A stretch of 53,690 bases of DNA, taken from positions 1-53,690 of the IMG/VR virus record IMGVR_UViG_3300037756_000111. One strand, given 5' to 3'. Origin of the DNA: a virus. Lineage: Duplodnaviria; Caudoviricetes. The notes beneath the pieces were generated by a model. The model had not been told where the DNA came from. It saw only the letters and a program-made list of their open reading frames with translations, and searched no databases. Below are positions 1 to 8,741 of this stretch, piece by piece; positions within the stretch are counted from its first letter, which is position 1, and the number at the start of each line of letters is the position of its first letter. Both the position numbers and the translations under genes were made by a program.

Positions 1-1
1 T

Positions 2-655
2 TTGCGACGAGTTCGCCACGTCATTGTCGATGACACCAACTTCGCTTCCAAGCACGAGACCAATCTTCGGTCTATAGCCATCGAGGAGGGTGCCGACTTC
101 GAAGTGGTCGATTTCACTCATGTACCGCTTGAAACCTGTCTCGAGCGCAATGCCAAGCGAGACAATCCGGTTCCCGAAGCTGTCATACGCAAAATGTGGG
201 CCGATTACCTCAGGCCCGAGCCTCCCACCTATGACAAGAACCTCCCGTGGGCTCTGATAGTCGATCTGGACGGCACTCTGGCTCATATGAACGGTAGAAG
301 CCCCTATGAGTGGAAGCGTGTAGGTGAGGACACCATCGACGAAAACGTCGCCCGATTCATCGCAGACCATTTCGGAGCTCCGGAGGCGCTCATCGTTCTC
401 TCGGGAAGAGACGCTGTGTGCCGTTCCGAAACGGAGAGTTGGCTAGCCCGATACAACATCCAGTACGACTACCTATTCATGCGAGCTGAAGGTGACATGC
501 GTAAAGATTCCATCGTGAAGCGAGAGATCTTCGAGAGAGAGATCAAGGACAAGTACTACCCCTACCTGGTGCTAGATGATCGCGATCAAGTAGTCCGGAT
601 GTGGCGAGACGAACTCGGCCTGACGGTCTGGCAAGTGGCAGATGGCAATTTCTAG
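2..655 (+). CDS. Polynucleotide kinase/3'-phosphatase (T4 PseT-like), 5'-truncated
   Basis: Kinase remnant (VIVDDTN, CLERNAKR) followed by HAD phosphatase motifs DLDGTLA, SGR, DSIVK, DDRDQVV, QVADGNF. Confidence 0.9.
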   Translation: MRRVRHVIVDDTNFASKHETNLRSIAIEEGADFEVVDFTHVPLETCLERNAKRDNPVPEAVIRKMWADYLRPEPPTYDKNLPWALIVDLDGTLAHMNGRSPYEWKRVGEDTIDENVARFIADHFGAPEALIVLSGRDAVCRSETESWLARYNIQYDYLFMRAEGDMRKDSIVKREIFEREIKDKYYPYLVLDDRDQVVRMWRDELGLTVWQVADGNF

Positions 656-851
656 GACCTTTGACAATCAGCGACAGTTGTGGTTCTGCGTAGTTCATAA
701 ATCCACGGCCAATCCGGTTTTGAACCCTCCAGAAAAATACGATATGTGGGCAGGATGTCATGACAGTTTGTGGGCCTTTTCAGCCGGACAACAGGAGACA
801 CAAGTGCAACGCTGCCATTTAGTGAAAGCGACGATTTCCTATCATGTCTAA
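642..851 (+). CDS. Small Cys/His protein, N-terminus RTFDN
   Basis: Overlaps both neighbours; WFCVVH...C...C pattern. Confidence 0.55.
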   Translation: MAISRTFDNQRQLWFCVVHKSTANPVLNPPEKYDMWAGCHDSLWAFSAGQQETQVQRCHLVKATISYHV

Positions 852-1221
852 GGCGCGATTCGACAACGCATGGAATGGCGAAATCTTCGGGGATTACACC
901 GACCAAGAGGTCTTCAAATACGCCGAAACCGCACAATTAGTCACGGGAGCTATCCATCCCGAACCAGTCGTTCTATATGGTTGGACACTGAGCCACGTTT
1001 TACGTCCCCTTTATTGGGCTGAGGGTGACAATGATGGACCCGATTGGATCGCTGTTGTTCGCCTGAAAGATGGCGATTATGGCGCAGTCACTGCCGGATG
1101 CGACTATACCGGCTGGGGCTGACAGGAAGGCGGGGGCGCGTGTCGCTCCAAAGAACTAGATCTGATAATCCGTTGGTGGTTGGACGACAGCCACCGAGAG
1201 AGATTGGGGTTGAAGCTGTGA
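844..1221 (+). CDS. Hypothetical protein with in-frame UGA at 1120-1122 (candidate selenoprotein, 125 aa if read through)
   Basis: AGCDYTGWG*QEGGG; frame stays open to TGA 1219-1221, which overlaps the next GTG; hairpin at 1133-1149. Confidence 0.65.
1133..1149 (+). promoter_or_regulatory. Candidate bacterial SECIS hairpin
   Basis: GGGGCG/CGCTCC 6-bp stem, loop CGTGT starting 16 nt after the UGA, GU at loop positions 2-3. Confidence 0.5.
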
Positions 1222-1346
1222 TAACGACGCCTTGCAACAAGAAGATGACGATGACCGAATTCACTCGTCATCTTCACCGATGTCAGACCTGCATTATCTG
1301 GTGGACCAAACAATCCATGCTGTCCAAACAGAACCGAACAAAATGA
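1218..1346 (+). CDS. Small Zn-binding protein (PCNK...HLHRCQTC)
   Basis: GTG start overlapping the upstream TGA; C...H-x2-C-x2-C. Confidence 0.5.
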   Translation: MITTPCNKKMTMTEFTRHLHRCQTCIIWWTKQSMLSKQNRTK

Positions 1347-1383
1347 GACTCGAATACCTAGTGGTAGAAATGGAGAATCGAAA

Positions 1384-1698
1384 TTGCCAAATATCTCACA
1401 TCCAACCGAACGACCAAATTTTGCGATTGTGGCTGTGGGTGGGATTCAGGTCGCGTTCAGTTATCGGACCATGATCGGCTACCAGTTTCCGGGCGAAGAT
1501 TGGACGCTCTGTCAAAATGATTGGGGTCCGACGACAGGCAAGCACCTCAACCACATAGACCCCGACAAATCGAAGCGCCTCGACCAGGAGACATTCATCA
1601 AGAACTACTACTTGAAAGAAGGCTCTTACAGAAAGGACCTAATTTTGGATAAGCTCGGCTTGCCCGAACAGCTCTGGGACAACAGGAAGTTTCGCTGA
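1384..1698 (+). CDS. Hypothetical phage protein
   Basis: GGAG RBS before TTG; FSYRT...WGPTTGKHLN motif recalled from small phage proteins. Confidence 0.7.
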   Translation: MPNISHPTERPNFAIVAVGGIQVAFSYRTMIGYQFPGEDWTLCQNDWGPTTGKHLNHIDPDKSKRLDQETFIKNYYLKEGSYRKDLILDKLGLPEQLWDNRKFR

Positions 1699-1934
1699 TG
1701 GATGTCCTCTGTCACTGCGGTGCGCCCCTCCACCTGGTTGATATCGACAGAGTATGGAAGATCTATCGCGCCGAATTCAGCCGAAGAGACGACGGGAAGC
1801 TGGTCGCGACGACTGATTGGGACCTGCAAGACGAGGAATCTATCGAAACGATTGAGGAATTCATCGAGTGCGCCAACAATCACAAGATCACCAAGTTCAT
1901 TTTGAAGGAGCTAACGCTGGGAGACATCCCTTGA
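1698..1934 (+). CDS. Small Zn-ribbon protein
   Basis: CHCG...ECANNH; stop/start overlap. Confidence 0.6.
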   Translation: MDVLCHCGAPLHLVDIDRVWKIYRAEFSRRDDGKLVATTDWDLQDEESIETIEEFIECANNHKITKFILKELTLGDIP

Positions 1935-2182
1935 TGGACATAGAGAAGCTCGCCATAGCGTGTGAGCATGACAAAATCTACAAGCACCAGAAACCAATCT
2001 ACGACCGCTTCGGCCAGCCCGTGGGGTTTGGAGAATGGTGTGAAGGTGGCAGGTTTGTCACTTTCTTCGATCTAGTCAAGGAATTCGCCGTTGAAATGGT
2101 GGCTGCCTTAGTGGCTGAAGGCGTACTCGACAATGAGGGAAAGAACCCGGAGATCACCTGGGATGCGGATTCGGACCTTTGA
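1934..2182 (+). CDS. Hypothetical protein (CEH...WCEGG type)
   Basis: ATG 1934 overlaps the upstream stop; resembles 5322-5555 (CEHG...CPGG). Confidence 0.6.
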   Translation: MDIEKLAIACEHDKIYKHQKPIYDRFGQPVGFGEWCEGGRFVTFFDLVKEFAVEMVAALVAEGVLDNEGKNPEITWDADSDL

Positions 2183-2399
2183 CGGGGGGTGGCGACACAA
2201 CCACTCCGAATACAGCACTCCTTACTCGTATTCGTGCCCCTATCTAGGAGAGAATGGTAAGCACTGCGAAGGGCCCCACGGATATCGAGGCCATGACAAG
2301 GCCTTGGGTGATGGCACCGATCATTACTGGAAGCGGAATGGTCCCACCTGGAGGCTGTGTTGGCCCTGCCACTTCAAGATGAAGATAGGCCGTGACTAA
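2163..2399 (+). CDS. FDGxW-family small Cys/His protein, copy 1
   Basis: RTFDGGW...CPYLGENGKHC...H...CWPC. Confidence 0.65.
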   Translation: MRIRTFDGGWRHNHSEYSTPYSYSCPYLGENGKHCEGPHGYRGHDKALGDGTDHYWKRNGPTWRLCWPCHFKMKIGRD

Positions 2400-2613
2400 G
2401 CCATACTCTCGCACTCGCTCTTTCGACGGTGGTTGGCGTCACCATGTTCTCGAACATACCTTAGGCGATAAGACCTGTGGAATGATCAACCCAAGCGGAT
2501 TCCACTGTCATGGGGGCCATGGGTGGTATGACCATCCCGACGATGCCAACTTCCCCTTTCTATACACACAATGGTGGAAACTATGTTCAATACCAAAGGA
2601 CCAACATGCCTGA
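2392..2613 (+). CDS. FDGxW-family small Cys/His protein, copy 2
   Basis: RSFDGGW...CGMINPSGFHC...H...C. Confidence 0.65.
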   Translation: MTKPYSRTRSFDGGWRHHVLEHTLGDKTCGMINPSGFHCHGGHGWYDHPDDANFPFLYTQWWKLCSIPKDQHA

Positions 2614-3055
2614 AATCCAATGGCAAGTCCAACTCACCTATCGAGTGACGAGCGAAAGCGAAAATACAAAGGAGTACCTATCCGAACTGCTGTACGGAGA
2701 GACTGTGGTCGGACCTGATCTGCTCGAGCATGACACCGAGTTCAGCATCGAGCGCACAATGGTCGACCGCTTCGGGCCCATCAATGTGATTCAGGTCTTC
2801 AACTCCGATGTCAAAGCAGCCAGTAATCGTGCCGGCCTTCGGACTGAGCTGGTGAACGTCGCCCTTGCCGACCCTGGGAAGCTCCCACCTCCTAAGCCAA
2901 AGAACTACGCTCCACCAAGACCAATCATGAAACAAATAATGAAGTCGTATCGTCGAGCATGGGACCTATCCTTAGAATCTTCACGTGAAGATGTCCGGTT
3001 AGGCATCGAAGACTTAGGGGAACTACTCAAATTGATAGACAAAGATGAATCTTAG
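2606..3055 (+). CDS. Hypothetical protein
   Basis: AAGGA RBS before ATG 2606. Confidence 0.6.
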   Translation: MPEIQWQVQLTYRVTSESENTKEYLSELLYGETVVGPDLLEHDTEFSIERTMVDRFGPINVIQVFNSDVKAASNRAGLRTELVNVALADPGKLPPPKPKNYAPPRPIMKQIMKSYRRAWDLSLESSREDVRLGIEDLGELLKLIDKDES

Positions 3056-3113
3056 GACAGGCCTCCACGGCGGATTAAAAAGTCTCACGCAATCACGAGA
3101 GGGCGACAGCTTT

Positions 3114-3317
3114 ATGTCTTTCCCCGGGCGAAAGCGTCTCCACGACAGCAAGCTTGAACCCTCTACTCGTAGAGTCAAGGGCGAGCCACCTCCCGACGAC
3201 CCGCGCTATATGATCGTCGCCTACGGCAGAGACGCCCGAATTCTAGATCGCGAAACCAACAAGCTGACCGAGCCAATGTCTCGCGACAAGGCGCTGGAGT
3301 ATGTCAGGGACCTTTGA
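3114..3317 (+). CDS. Hypothetical protein
   Basis: ATG 3114 after a short intergenic gap. Confidence 0.55.
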   Translation: MSFPGRKRLHDSKLEPSTRRVKGEPPPDDPRYMIVAYGRDARILDRETNKLTEPMSRDKALEYVRDL

Positions 3318-3469
3318 CGGGTCGATCGAGCCCCTTCACTGGCGTCGGATTCTGAGCCAGCGTTTCCAGATCTGTCTATGGATAGAAATGGACCCAGAAA
3401 ACTCACTGCGTATCTCAACACTCGAACAAAGCCAAAGTCAAAATGATGTTTAGTTACTTCGAGCAATGA
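3301..3469 (+). pseudogene. Possible frameshifted FDGxW-family member
   Basis: MSGTFDGS...ICLWIEMDPE in one frame (stop 3453); THC... continues in the +1 frame to 3469. Confidence 0.3.
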
Positions 3470-3475
3470 GATCCG

Positions 3476-3694
3476 GTGGCAAACAAAGATCAATCCGACG
3501 GTGGAACAAGGAAGTGGTTCGATGGCAGCTGGCATCAGCACAGGTCACAGAACCACTACTCCGGTCTGTGGGATACCTGTGTCCACATCACAAAAAACGG
3601 ACACTGCTATATCAGCGAGCACCACATCCATACCCCCTACCGGCCCTGTGGAGACTGCGTCAGGAGAAAATATGCCACTAGAACGCGCCTTTGA
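3476..3694 (+). CDS. FDGxW-family small Cys/His protein, copy 3
   Basis: KWFDGSW...CVHITKNGHC...HH...CGDC. Confidence 0.6.
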   Translation: MANKDQSDGGTRKWFDGSWHQHRSQNHYSGLWDTCVHITKNGHCYISEHHIHTPYRPCGDCVRRKYATRTRL

Positions 3695-3956
3695 CGGGCA
3701 GTGGAGGTCGATGTATCGATACCGTCACAATAATTTTCAGCGCAACATGTGCCCATACATGAGCGAGGAGGGAGTGCATTGCACCTATCCCCCAGGACAT
3801 AAGGCGCATTCTTTTCACAACGACGACGGCCACCCGTGTGGCTACTGCGTTAAAAACTTGTACAAGCGGAACCGAACACCTATAGTCCGACAATCTAAGG
3901 AGGAACCACGAACACACCCATCCGCGGCTACGGAGAATCCTTCAGCGACGAGCTGA
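3672..3956 (+). CDS. FDGxW-family small Cys/His protein, copy 4
   Basis: AGGAG RBS; RAFDGQW...CPYMSEEGVHC...H...CGYC. Confidence 0.7.
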   Translation: MPLERAFDGQWRSMYRYRHNNFQRNMCPYMSEEGVHCTYPPGHKAHSFHNDDGHPCGYCVKNLYKRNRTPIVRQSKEEPRTHPSAATENPSATS

Positions 3957-4888
3957 TACTGGGTTACGTATGCTGGTATACAATCGTCGACCCTCGAGTC
4001 AGCCACCAACGTCTGCACGATCTCGTCAAGGCGTCTGGCGTACTCGAAGAGAAACTGATACCTGGACCGCCCCGACTCGGTGACGCCTTCAAGCGTGCCT
4101 GCCGATACTCAGAACGTGCCAGTCTGGCCATCCCTTACACCGACAACACAGCCAACATCCTGATCCGATCGGTAGCTACGAGTGCTGCCGAAGTGGAGCG
4201 CCACATGGTGATGGAAATCGTTGACTCCAACGGTAAGACCCTTGAGTACTACACGGTGGGCGAACTAAAGTTCGACCGCGCCAACGAAGTGCTCAACATC
4301 AAGCAGATGTCAATCGACCCCGACATCAACCCACTCATCGACTCGTCCATCGAGTTGTTTCGTGCGAAGTTTGCTGAGGCTGTGTCTCACATCGACCCTC
4401 AAGTCATCAGACGGATGATCCGGGAACAGTTGGATCGTATGGGAGCTATCGGAGTACGGAGACAAGGCAGCGTGTACTTCTATCCAGCCAAGTACAAGCC
4501 TCAAGGCGAAGCACTCGAGGAACTGTGTGCTGGATTGAATAGCGGCTCGGTCTTTCACAACCTGCCCCTGGTTGACGACACCAAGCAGCGTGAGATGATC
4601 CGCTCCGCTTTCGAGGACGAGGTCCACGAGGAAGCGACCGAATCCATCAAGCAACTGATGGCCAAACGTGAGAGCGGAGACAAGATCACCGCCAGGTCGT
4701 GGGCTGAATACCACAAGCGGCTCCGGGATCTCAACGAGCGACGTGCAGAGTATGAGACCCTGGTCACCCATGAGATCACCAAGGCCGAGATCGAACTGTC
4801 CGCTTACGAAGAGCACCTTCAGGCCATGCTCGAGGATGGTCTCGTGAAGGTCGAGAACCAGAAGGAAGAAGAAGATGACGCTACTTGA
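3908..4888 (+). CDS. DUF6744-like phage protein, probable ACG start
   Basis: Frame open from the in-frame TAA at 3896; TAAGGAGG then ACG 3908; LGYVCWY, PRLGDAFKRA and GSVYFYP motifs; coiled C-terminus. Confidence 0.7.
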   Translation, partial: TNTPIRGYGESFSDELILGYVCWYTIVDPRVSHQRLHDLVKASGVLEEKLIPGPPRLGDAFKRACRYSERASLAIPYTDNTANILIRSVATSAAEVERHMVMEIVDSNGKTLEYYTVGELKFDRANEVLNIKQMSIDPDINPLIDSSIELFRAKFAEAVSHIDPQVIRRMIREQLDRMGAIGVRRQGSVYFYPAKYKPQGEALEELCAGLNSGSVFHNLPLVDDTKQREMIRSAFEDEVHEEATESIKQLMAKRESGDKITARSWAEYHKRLRDLNERRAEYETLVTHEITKAEIELSAYEEHLQAMLEDGLVKVENQKEEEDDAT

Positions 4889-4967
4889 TATTGGACAGGC
4901 CATTGGCATAGTGGTCCTGGCTCTGGCTGTCACGGTCATTGCCACTCGTGTGACGAGGAAGAAATGA
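4875..4967 (+). CDS. 30-aa single-pass membrane peptide
   Basis: MTLLDIGQAIGIVVLALAVTVIATRVTRKK; stop overlaps the next ATG. Confidence 0.55.
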   Translation: MTLLDIGQAIGIVVLALAVTVIATRVTRKK

Positions 4968-5182
4968 AAGAGCTTGGATTCTGGGAGAGCTTTGGAATCG
5001 GATACTTAAAGGGCCACGCTGTCTCGTTGATGGCTCTCGCAGCAATAGGACCCGTGTGGGCACTCCTCCAATTCGATTGGTGGATCGGACTGTTATCACT
5101 GCCGGTCGGCTATGTAATGCTGATGGGTGGCCAATGGATGTGGCGATACGCCCGACGTTGGGAGAAAGGATGGCAAGAATGA
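4964..5182 (+). CDS. Small membrane protein
   Basis: Two hydrophobic stretches; ATGA overlaps at both ends. Confidence 0.6.
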   Translation: MKELGFWESFGIGYLKGHAVSLMALAAIGPVWALLQFDWWIGLLSLPVGYVMLMGGQWMWRYARRWEKGWQE

Positions 5183-5325
5183 CCGAATGCATCTGCGGCC
5201 ACACCGAGAACAAACACGAGTACCGAAGCCACATGGGAGGTTGCCTCATATCAACCTGTTTCTGCACCACCTTCGAGGAAGTGGAATGGGACGACGACCG
5301 ATGGCTACCAGGAGATGACCAATGA
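5179..5325 (+). CDS. Small Zn-finger protein
   Basis: CICGH...H...C...CFC. Confidence 0.65.
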   Translation: MTECICGHTENKHEYRSHMGGCLISTCFCTTFEEVEWDDDRWLPGDDQ

Positions 5326-5555
5326 CCTATGCCCGACTCTGCGAACACGGAAGGTTTGAAGCCCACGACAACCGCGATGCCGATGGTTGGTTAATTCTTC
5401 CGCATCCCTGCCCTGGCGGTTCGGTCCTGGCAGACGACCTCCTGCCGTTTTCCACTGAGGAACTAATAGCCGAACTGGTGCGCCGTGACGAATGGCCTCT
5501 CGGGATTCCAGCGACCCCAATCAAATCGTCATGGTGGATCGAGGAACCTTCGTGA
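5322..5555 (+). CDS. Hypothetical protein
   Basis: CEHGRFEAH...CPGG; ATGA overlap. Confidence 0.6.
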   Translation: MTYARLCEHGRFEAHDNRDADGWLILPHPCPGGSVLADDLLPFSTEELIAELVRRDEWPLGIPATPIKSSWWIEEPS

Positions 5556-5810
5556 CAGTCCTCGACACCCTTGCCGCTGCCCAAGGAGAAGAAGATGCCT
5601 AAAGGAAGAGGCGCAAACGAATCACGCCGCAACGAGCGGCAGAAAAAATCCATCCGACAGGCCAACACATATGACAGAGACGAGAAATTGGAGGCCTTCA
5701 CCCATAACGCCAAGATGGTGAGTGCCACTCAAGGGACCGGGGTCAAAGGACCAGCAGTTTGTCGGTCATCGTTGCACCCACACAAAATAAAGATCCAGGT
5801 AACCCAATGA
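5552..5810 (+). CDS. Small basic protein
   Basis: Fills the gap between neighbours; Lys/Arg-rich; exact start uncertain (ORF track gives 5571). Confidence 0.4.
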
Positions 5811-6202
5811 AACCAACATGGAAACTATACACCGCGTCTGATATCCACTACAGACTGGCCAAGGTCCTCCTATCTGAGGAATACAAGGGCAGCGACTGGA
5901 TCGAAGAACAAGCTCTGTTCTGTCCCTACTACAGCGCCCTTGAAGGTGCCTTGGGGGCAGACTGGGGAGTGATCGTCAACCCTGAGTCGAAGCGGTTCGG
6001 GATGCTCACCTTCGAACACGACTGGTGTGGGTGTCCACCACATGATCAAGGCAACCAAGCCTATGACCTGTGGGTCGCCGACAAATGTCAGGACAACAAA
6101 GAAACAAGAGACGGCTACTGGCGCTTCTGTATCCGGCCTGTTGGACACAGAGGGCTGCACGAAGACTCACATTGGGATGGACCGCCTAAGCGATGGAGAT
6201 GA
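5807..6202 (+). CDS. DUF3027-like protein with C-terminal C/H motif
   Basis: LGADWGVIVNPES...LTFEHDWC, then C...CIRPVGHRGLH. Confidence 0.55.
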   Translation: MKPTWKLYTASDIHYRLAKVLLSEEYKGSDWIEEQALFCPYYSALEGALGADWGVIVNPESKRFGMLTFEHDWCGCPPHDQGNQAYDLWVADKCQDNKETRDGYWRFCIRPVGHRGLHEDSHWDGPPKRWR

Positions 6203-6465
6203 TGGAAATCGACAACTACATAGGCGTCATACTGCTCGTCGGGATCATCAGTTTTCTCGTCCTGCATTTCTTGCGCTGGAAGATCGCGAAGGACATGATG
6301 CACTTCGAAAAAGACATGGAACGATACGTTGACCAGCTTCTTCGAGAGCAGTGGTCATCAATACAAGAACAGATAAGGGACTGGAATGAATATACAGAAC
6401 GAACTATTAGAGAAGGACTCGCACGACAATGGGACAACGGAGTCAAAGCCCGTCGAGTTCCCTAA
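6193..6465 (+). CDS. Membrane-anchored hypothetical protein
   Basis: N-terminal TM helix followed by a helical tail. Confidence 0.55.
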   Translation: MEMMEIDNYIGVILLVGIISFLVLHFLRWKIAKDMMHFEKDMERYVDQLLREQWSSIQEQIRDWNEYTERTIREGLARQWDNGVKARRVP

Positions 6466-7240
6466 GACTCGAGTGCTAGACCTGTTGGCACGACGAGACG
6501 CACATGATTTGATGGTGGTGGCCGAAACAGGTTCCATAGCACACGGCATCAGTGTCGGCGGATCAGACTTGGACTACACAGTCATACGTCTTGAGTCATG
6601 GCATGAATTTGTCAACGGTCCCGGCGACCGTCAGTCGATGCACATTCGCACTCAACCAGACGGAATCCGATCACGGATGGGAGACATAGACCTCTCGGTC
6701 TACACCCTAAGAAAATTTGCATTCCTGGCAACATCAGGCAATCCTTCCATCCTGGCAACGCTGTGGAGTCCCAATACGTACCTGGTCCGAGATATCTGGC
6801 CTCAATTCTGTACCGCCATGCGGAGCTACGTCCCCGCGGTATCGGCAGGCCAGGCATTCCTGGGCTACATGAGACAACAGATGGAACGATGGGCTGGCAT
6901 CAGAGGCCAGAAGAACGTGACTCGCCCCGAACTGGTAGCCAAGTACGGGTACGACGTGAAGTATGCCGCTCAGATCATCAAGCTGGGCCAACAAGGCATC
7001 ACCTTCATGGAGACAGGCATCGTGGAGGTACCTATCTCTGAGCCCACCGCCACAGAGATCAAATCTCTCCGCACTGGGGGCTACACCGAAGCTCAAGCCC
7101 TCGACTGGGCTGAAGGAATCGAAGCCCGTCTCAAGCAGGCCATCAACAAGTCTATGCTCCCCGACCGACCGAACCAAATTGGCATCCAACACTTGGTTGC
7201 CTCGACATACGGACAGCACTACGCGGCTGTCCTGAGATAG
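6386..7240 (+). CDS. Nucleotidyltransferase (Pol-beta fold, RlaP/YcgL-like phage family)
   Basis: GSIAHG...SDLD, GNPSIL, GYDVKYA motifs; true start may be downstream. Confidence 0.85.
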   Translation: MNIQNELLEKDSHDNGTTESKPVEFPKTRVLDLLARRDAHDLMVVAETGSIAHGISVGGSDLDYTVIRLESWHEFVNGPGDRQSMHIRTQPDGIRSRMGDIDLSVYTLRKFAFLATSGNPSILATLWSPNTYLVRDIWPQFCTAMRSYVPAVSAGQAFLGYMRQQMERWAGIRGQKNVTRPELVAKYGYDVKYAAQIIKLGQQGITFMETGIVEVPISEPTATEIKSLRTGGYTEAQALDWAEGIEARLKQAINKSMLPDRPNQIGIQHLVASTYGQHYAAVLR

Positions 7241-7248
7241 GAGATAAA

Positions 7249-7437
7249 TTGAGAGGACTGCTCTACCTAGCCCTAGCAATCAGCATGATGATCTTCTTTG
7301 TATCCAGCTTCATGGTCTGGGTCAACTACAAGGCAAAGAAAGCTTCACTCGAACGTCAGTTCGAGCGGAAGGAAAAGGACATCGAAACCTACGTAACCAA
7401 CCTGGAGCGCGACCTGCTCCGAAAGGAATCAGATTGA
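7249..7437 (+). CDS. Small membrane protein
   Basis: AGGAG RBS; N-terminal TM helix. Confidence 0.65.
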   Translation: MRGLLYLALAISMMIFFVSSFMVWVNYKAKKASLERQFERKEKDIETYVTNLERDLLRKESD

Positions 7438-8354
7438 TCTACTTCGCAATCATCGCCGCCGTTGTATTTGTCGGCGGTGTGCTTACGGCACTGTTCAGCG
7501 ACACGTATCGAGGTGAAGGTGTTTTGACAGCACTAGGCGCGGGCCTCGTTGCTGTCATCACCAGCATCTTTGCCTTCACTATCACGGTGGATGCGGGAGA
7601 AGTTGTGGTACCTGTCTTGTTCGGTGAGGTACAAGCCCCCCTCACATCACCAGGATGGCAAGGGATTCATCCCTTTGCATCGACCGTATCTATGCCCACC
7701 CGCACCGTACAAGACACCTTTGAGGGCAACGTCACAGAGACTAACCCCCTTGGAGCCATCACTGCTCTTTCAGGTGAAGGAGCAACCATCACCGTTGATC
7801 TGACTGTCTTGTGGCATGTCAATGCAATCAAGGCTGGCGACCTGTACCGGACTGTCGGTACCTCACTTCGTGAAACACTGCTGTTCCCTTACGTCAGATC
7901 AGCCACGAGAAACTGCATGGCTCAGTATGAATTCGAGGAGGCTCGCACATCGGGTCGACTCGGTGCTGCTGGGTGCATCAAGGATTCCATCGCTAGTGCC
8001 CTCGACCAGCGTGGCATCGTCGTAGAAGAAATCCTGTTGCGTGGCATGACCGCTGATGCCAAACTACAGGCCGCCATCGACCAGAAACTTGAAGCCCAGA
8101 ACGCAGTCCAGGAAGCTGAGTTCCTGAAGCAGCAAGCCGAAGTGGATGCACTACGTGCTGTTGTTACTGCCGAAGGTGAGCGACAAGCTGCCATCATCCG
8201 GGCCGAAGGTGAAGCCCAAGCCAACCGACTGGTTGCCGAATCACTGACCGCTGACATCTTGCAGCTGAGGATCTTCGAAACCCTCGGTGACAAGGCCGTG
8301 GTCTACATGACTGGCAACGAAATCGACACCGTCATCCCCCTACCTACCCCATAG
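7434..8354 (+). CDS. SPFH/Band 7 (prohibitin-like) membrane protein
   Basis: Two N-terminal TM helices, SPFH core, coiled coil AEGEAQANRLVAESLT. Confidence 0.9.
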   Translation: MIYFAIIAAVVFVGGVLTALFSDTYRGEGVLTALGAGLVAVITSIFAFTITVDAGEVVVPVLFGEVQAPLTSPGWQGIHPFASTVSMPTRTVQDTFEGNVTETNPLGAITALSGEGATITVDLTVLWHVNAIKAGDLYRTVGTSLRETLLFPYVRSATRNCMAQYEFEEARTSGRLGAAGCIKDSIASALDQRGIVVEEILLRGMTADAKLQAAIDQKLEAQNAVQEAEFLKQQAEVDALRAVVTAEGERQAAIIRAEGEAQANRLVAESLTADILQLRIFETLGDKAVVYMTGNEIDTVIPLPTP

Positions 8355-8363
8355 GAGAACGCA

Positions 8364-8741
8364 ATGGAAATACTGGTAACCGCACTGATCGTAGGTCTTG
8401 TCGCTGTCCTGACAGGCTACGCCCTCTTCCTCCGGAGTGAATTAGAAATCCAGAAGATGCTGTTCAACATCGAGCGAGGAGCTGTAGACGACCTCATCAA
8501 GGACTACGAGAGAGTCGTCGAAAAACTGACTGCCCAAATGAATGAGCCAACCCTCTTCGATGATCTCTTCGATGATCTCTTCGACGGTCAGGATATCTAT
8601 GACACCGATGAGGAGGGCAACTGCCTAGGCTGCGGCTCCAACCACTACAACGAAGACTGGCCCGCGGAATCATTCAATGAATGGAACGAAATCTTCAACA
8701 ACCAAAAGGGCGAAGACATTGTTGTCACTGACGCAGTTTGA
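8364..8741 (+). CDS. Membrane-anchored acidic protein
   Basis: AGGAG RBS, TM helix, LFDD repeat, CLGC. Confidence 0.7.
   Translation: MEILVTALIVGLVAVLTGYALFLRSELEIQKMLFNIERGAVDDLIKDYERVVEKLTAQMNEPTLFDDLFDDLFDGQDIYDTDEEGNCLGCGSNHYNEDWPAESFNEWNEIFNNQKGEDIVVTDAV

Noticed and set aside
8553-8585. 12-bp tandem repeat CTCTTCGATGAT (about 2.7 copies)
   Set aside because: In-frame micro-duplication encoding LFDD; no sign of wider significance.
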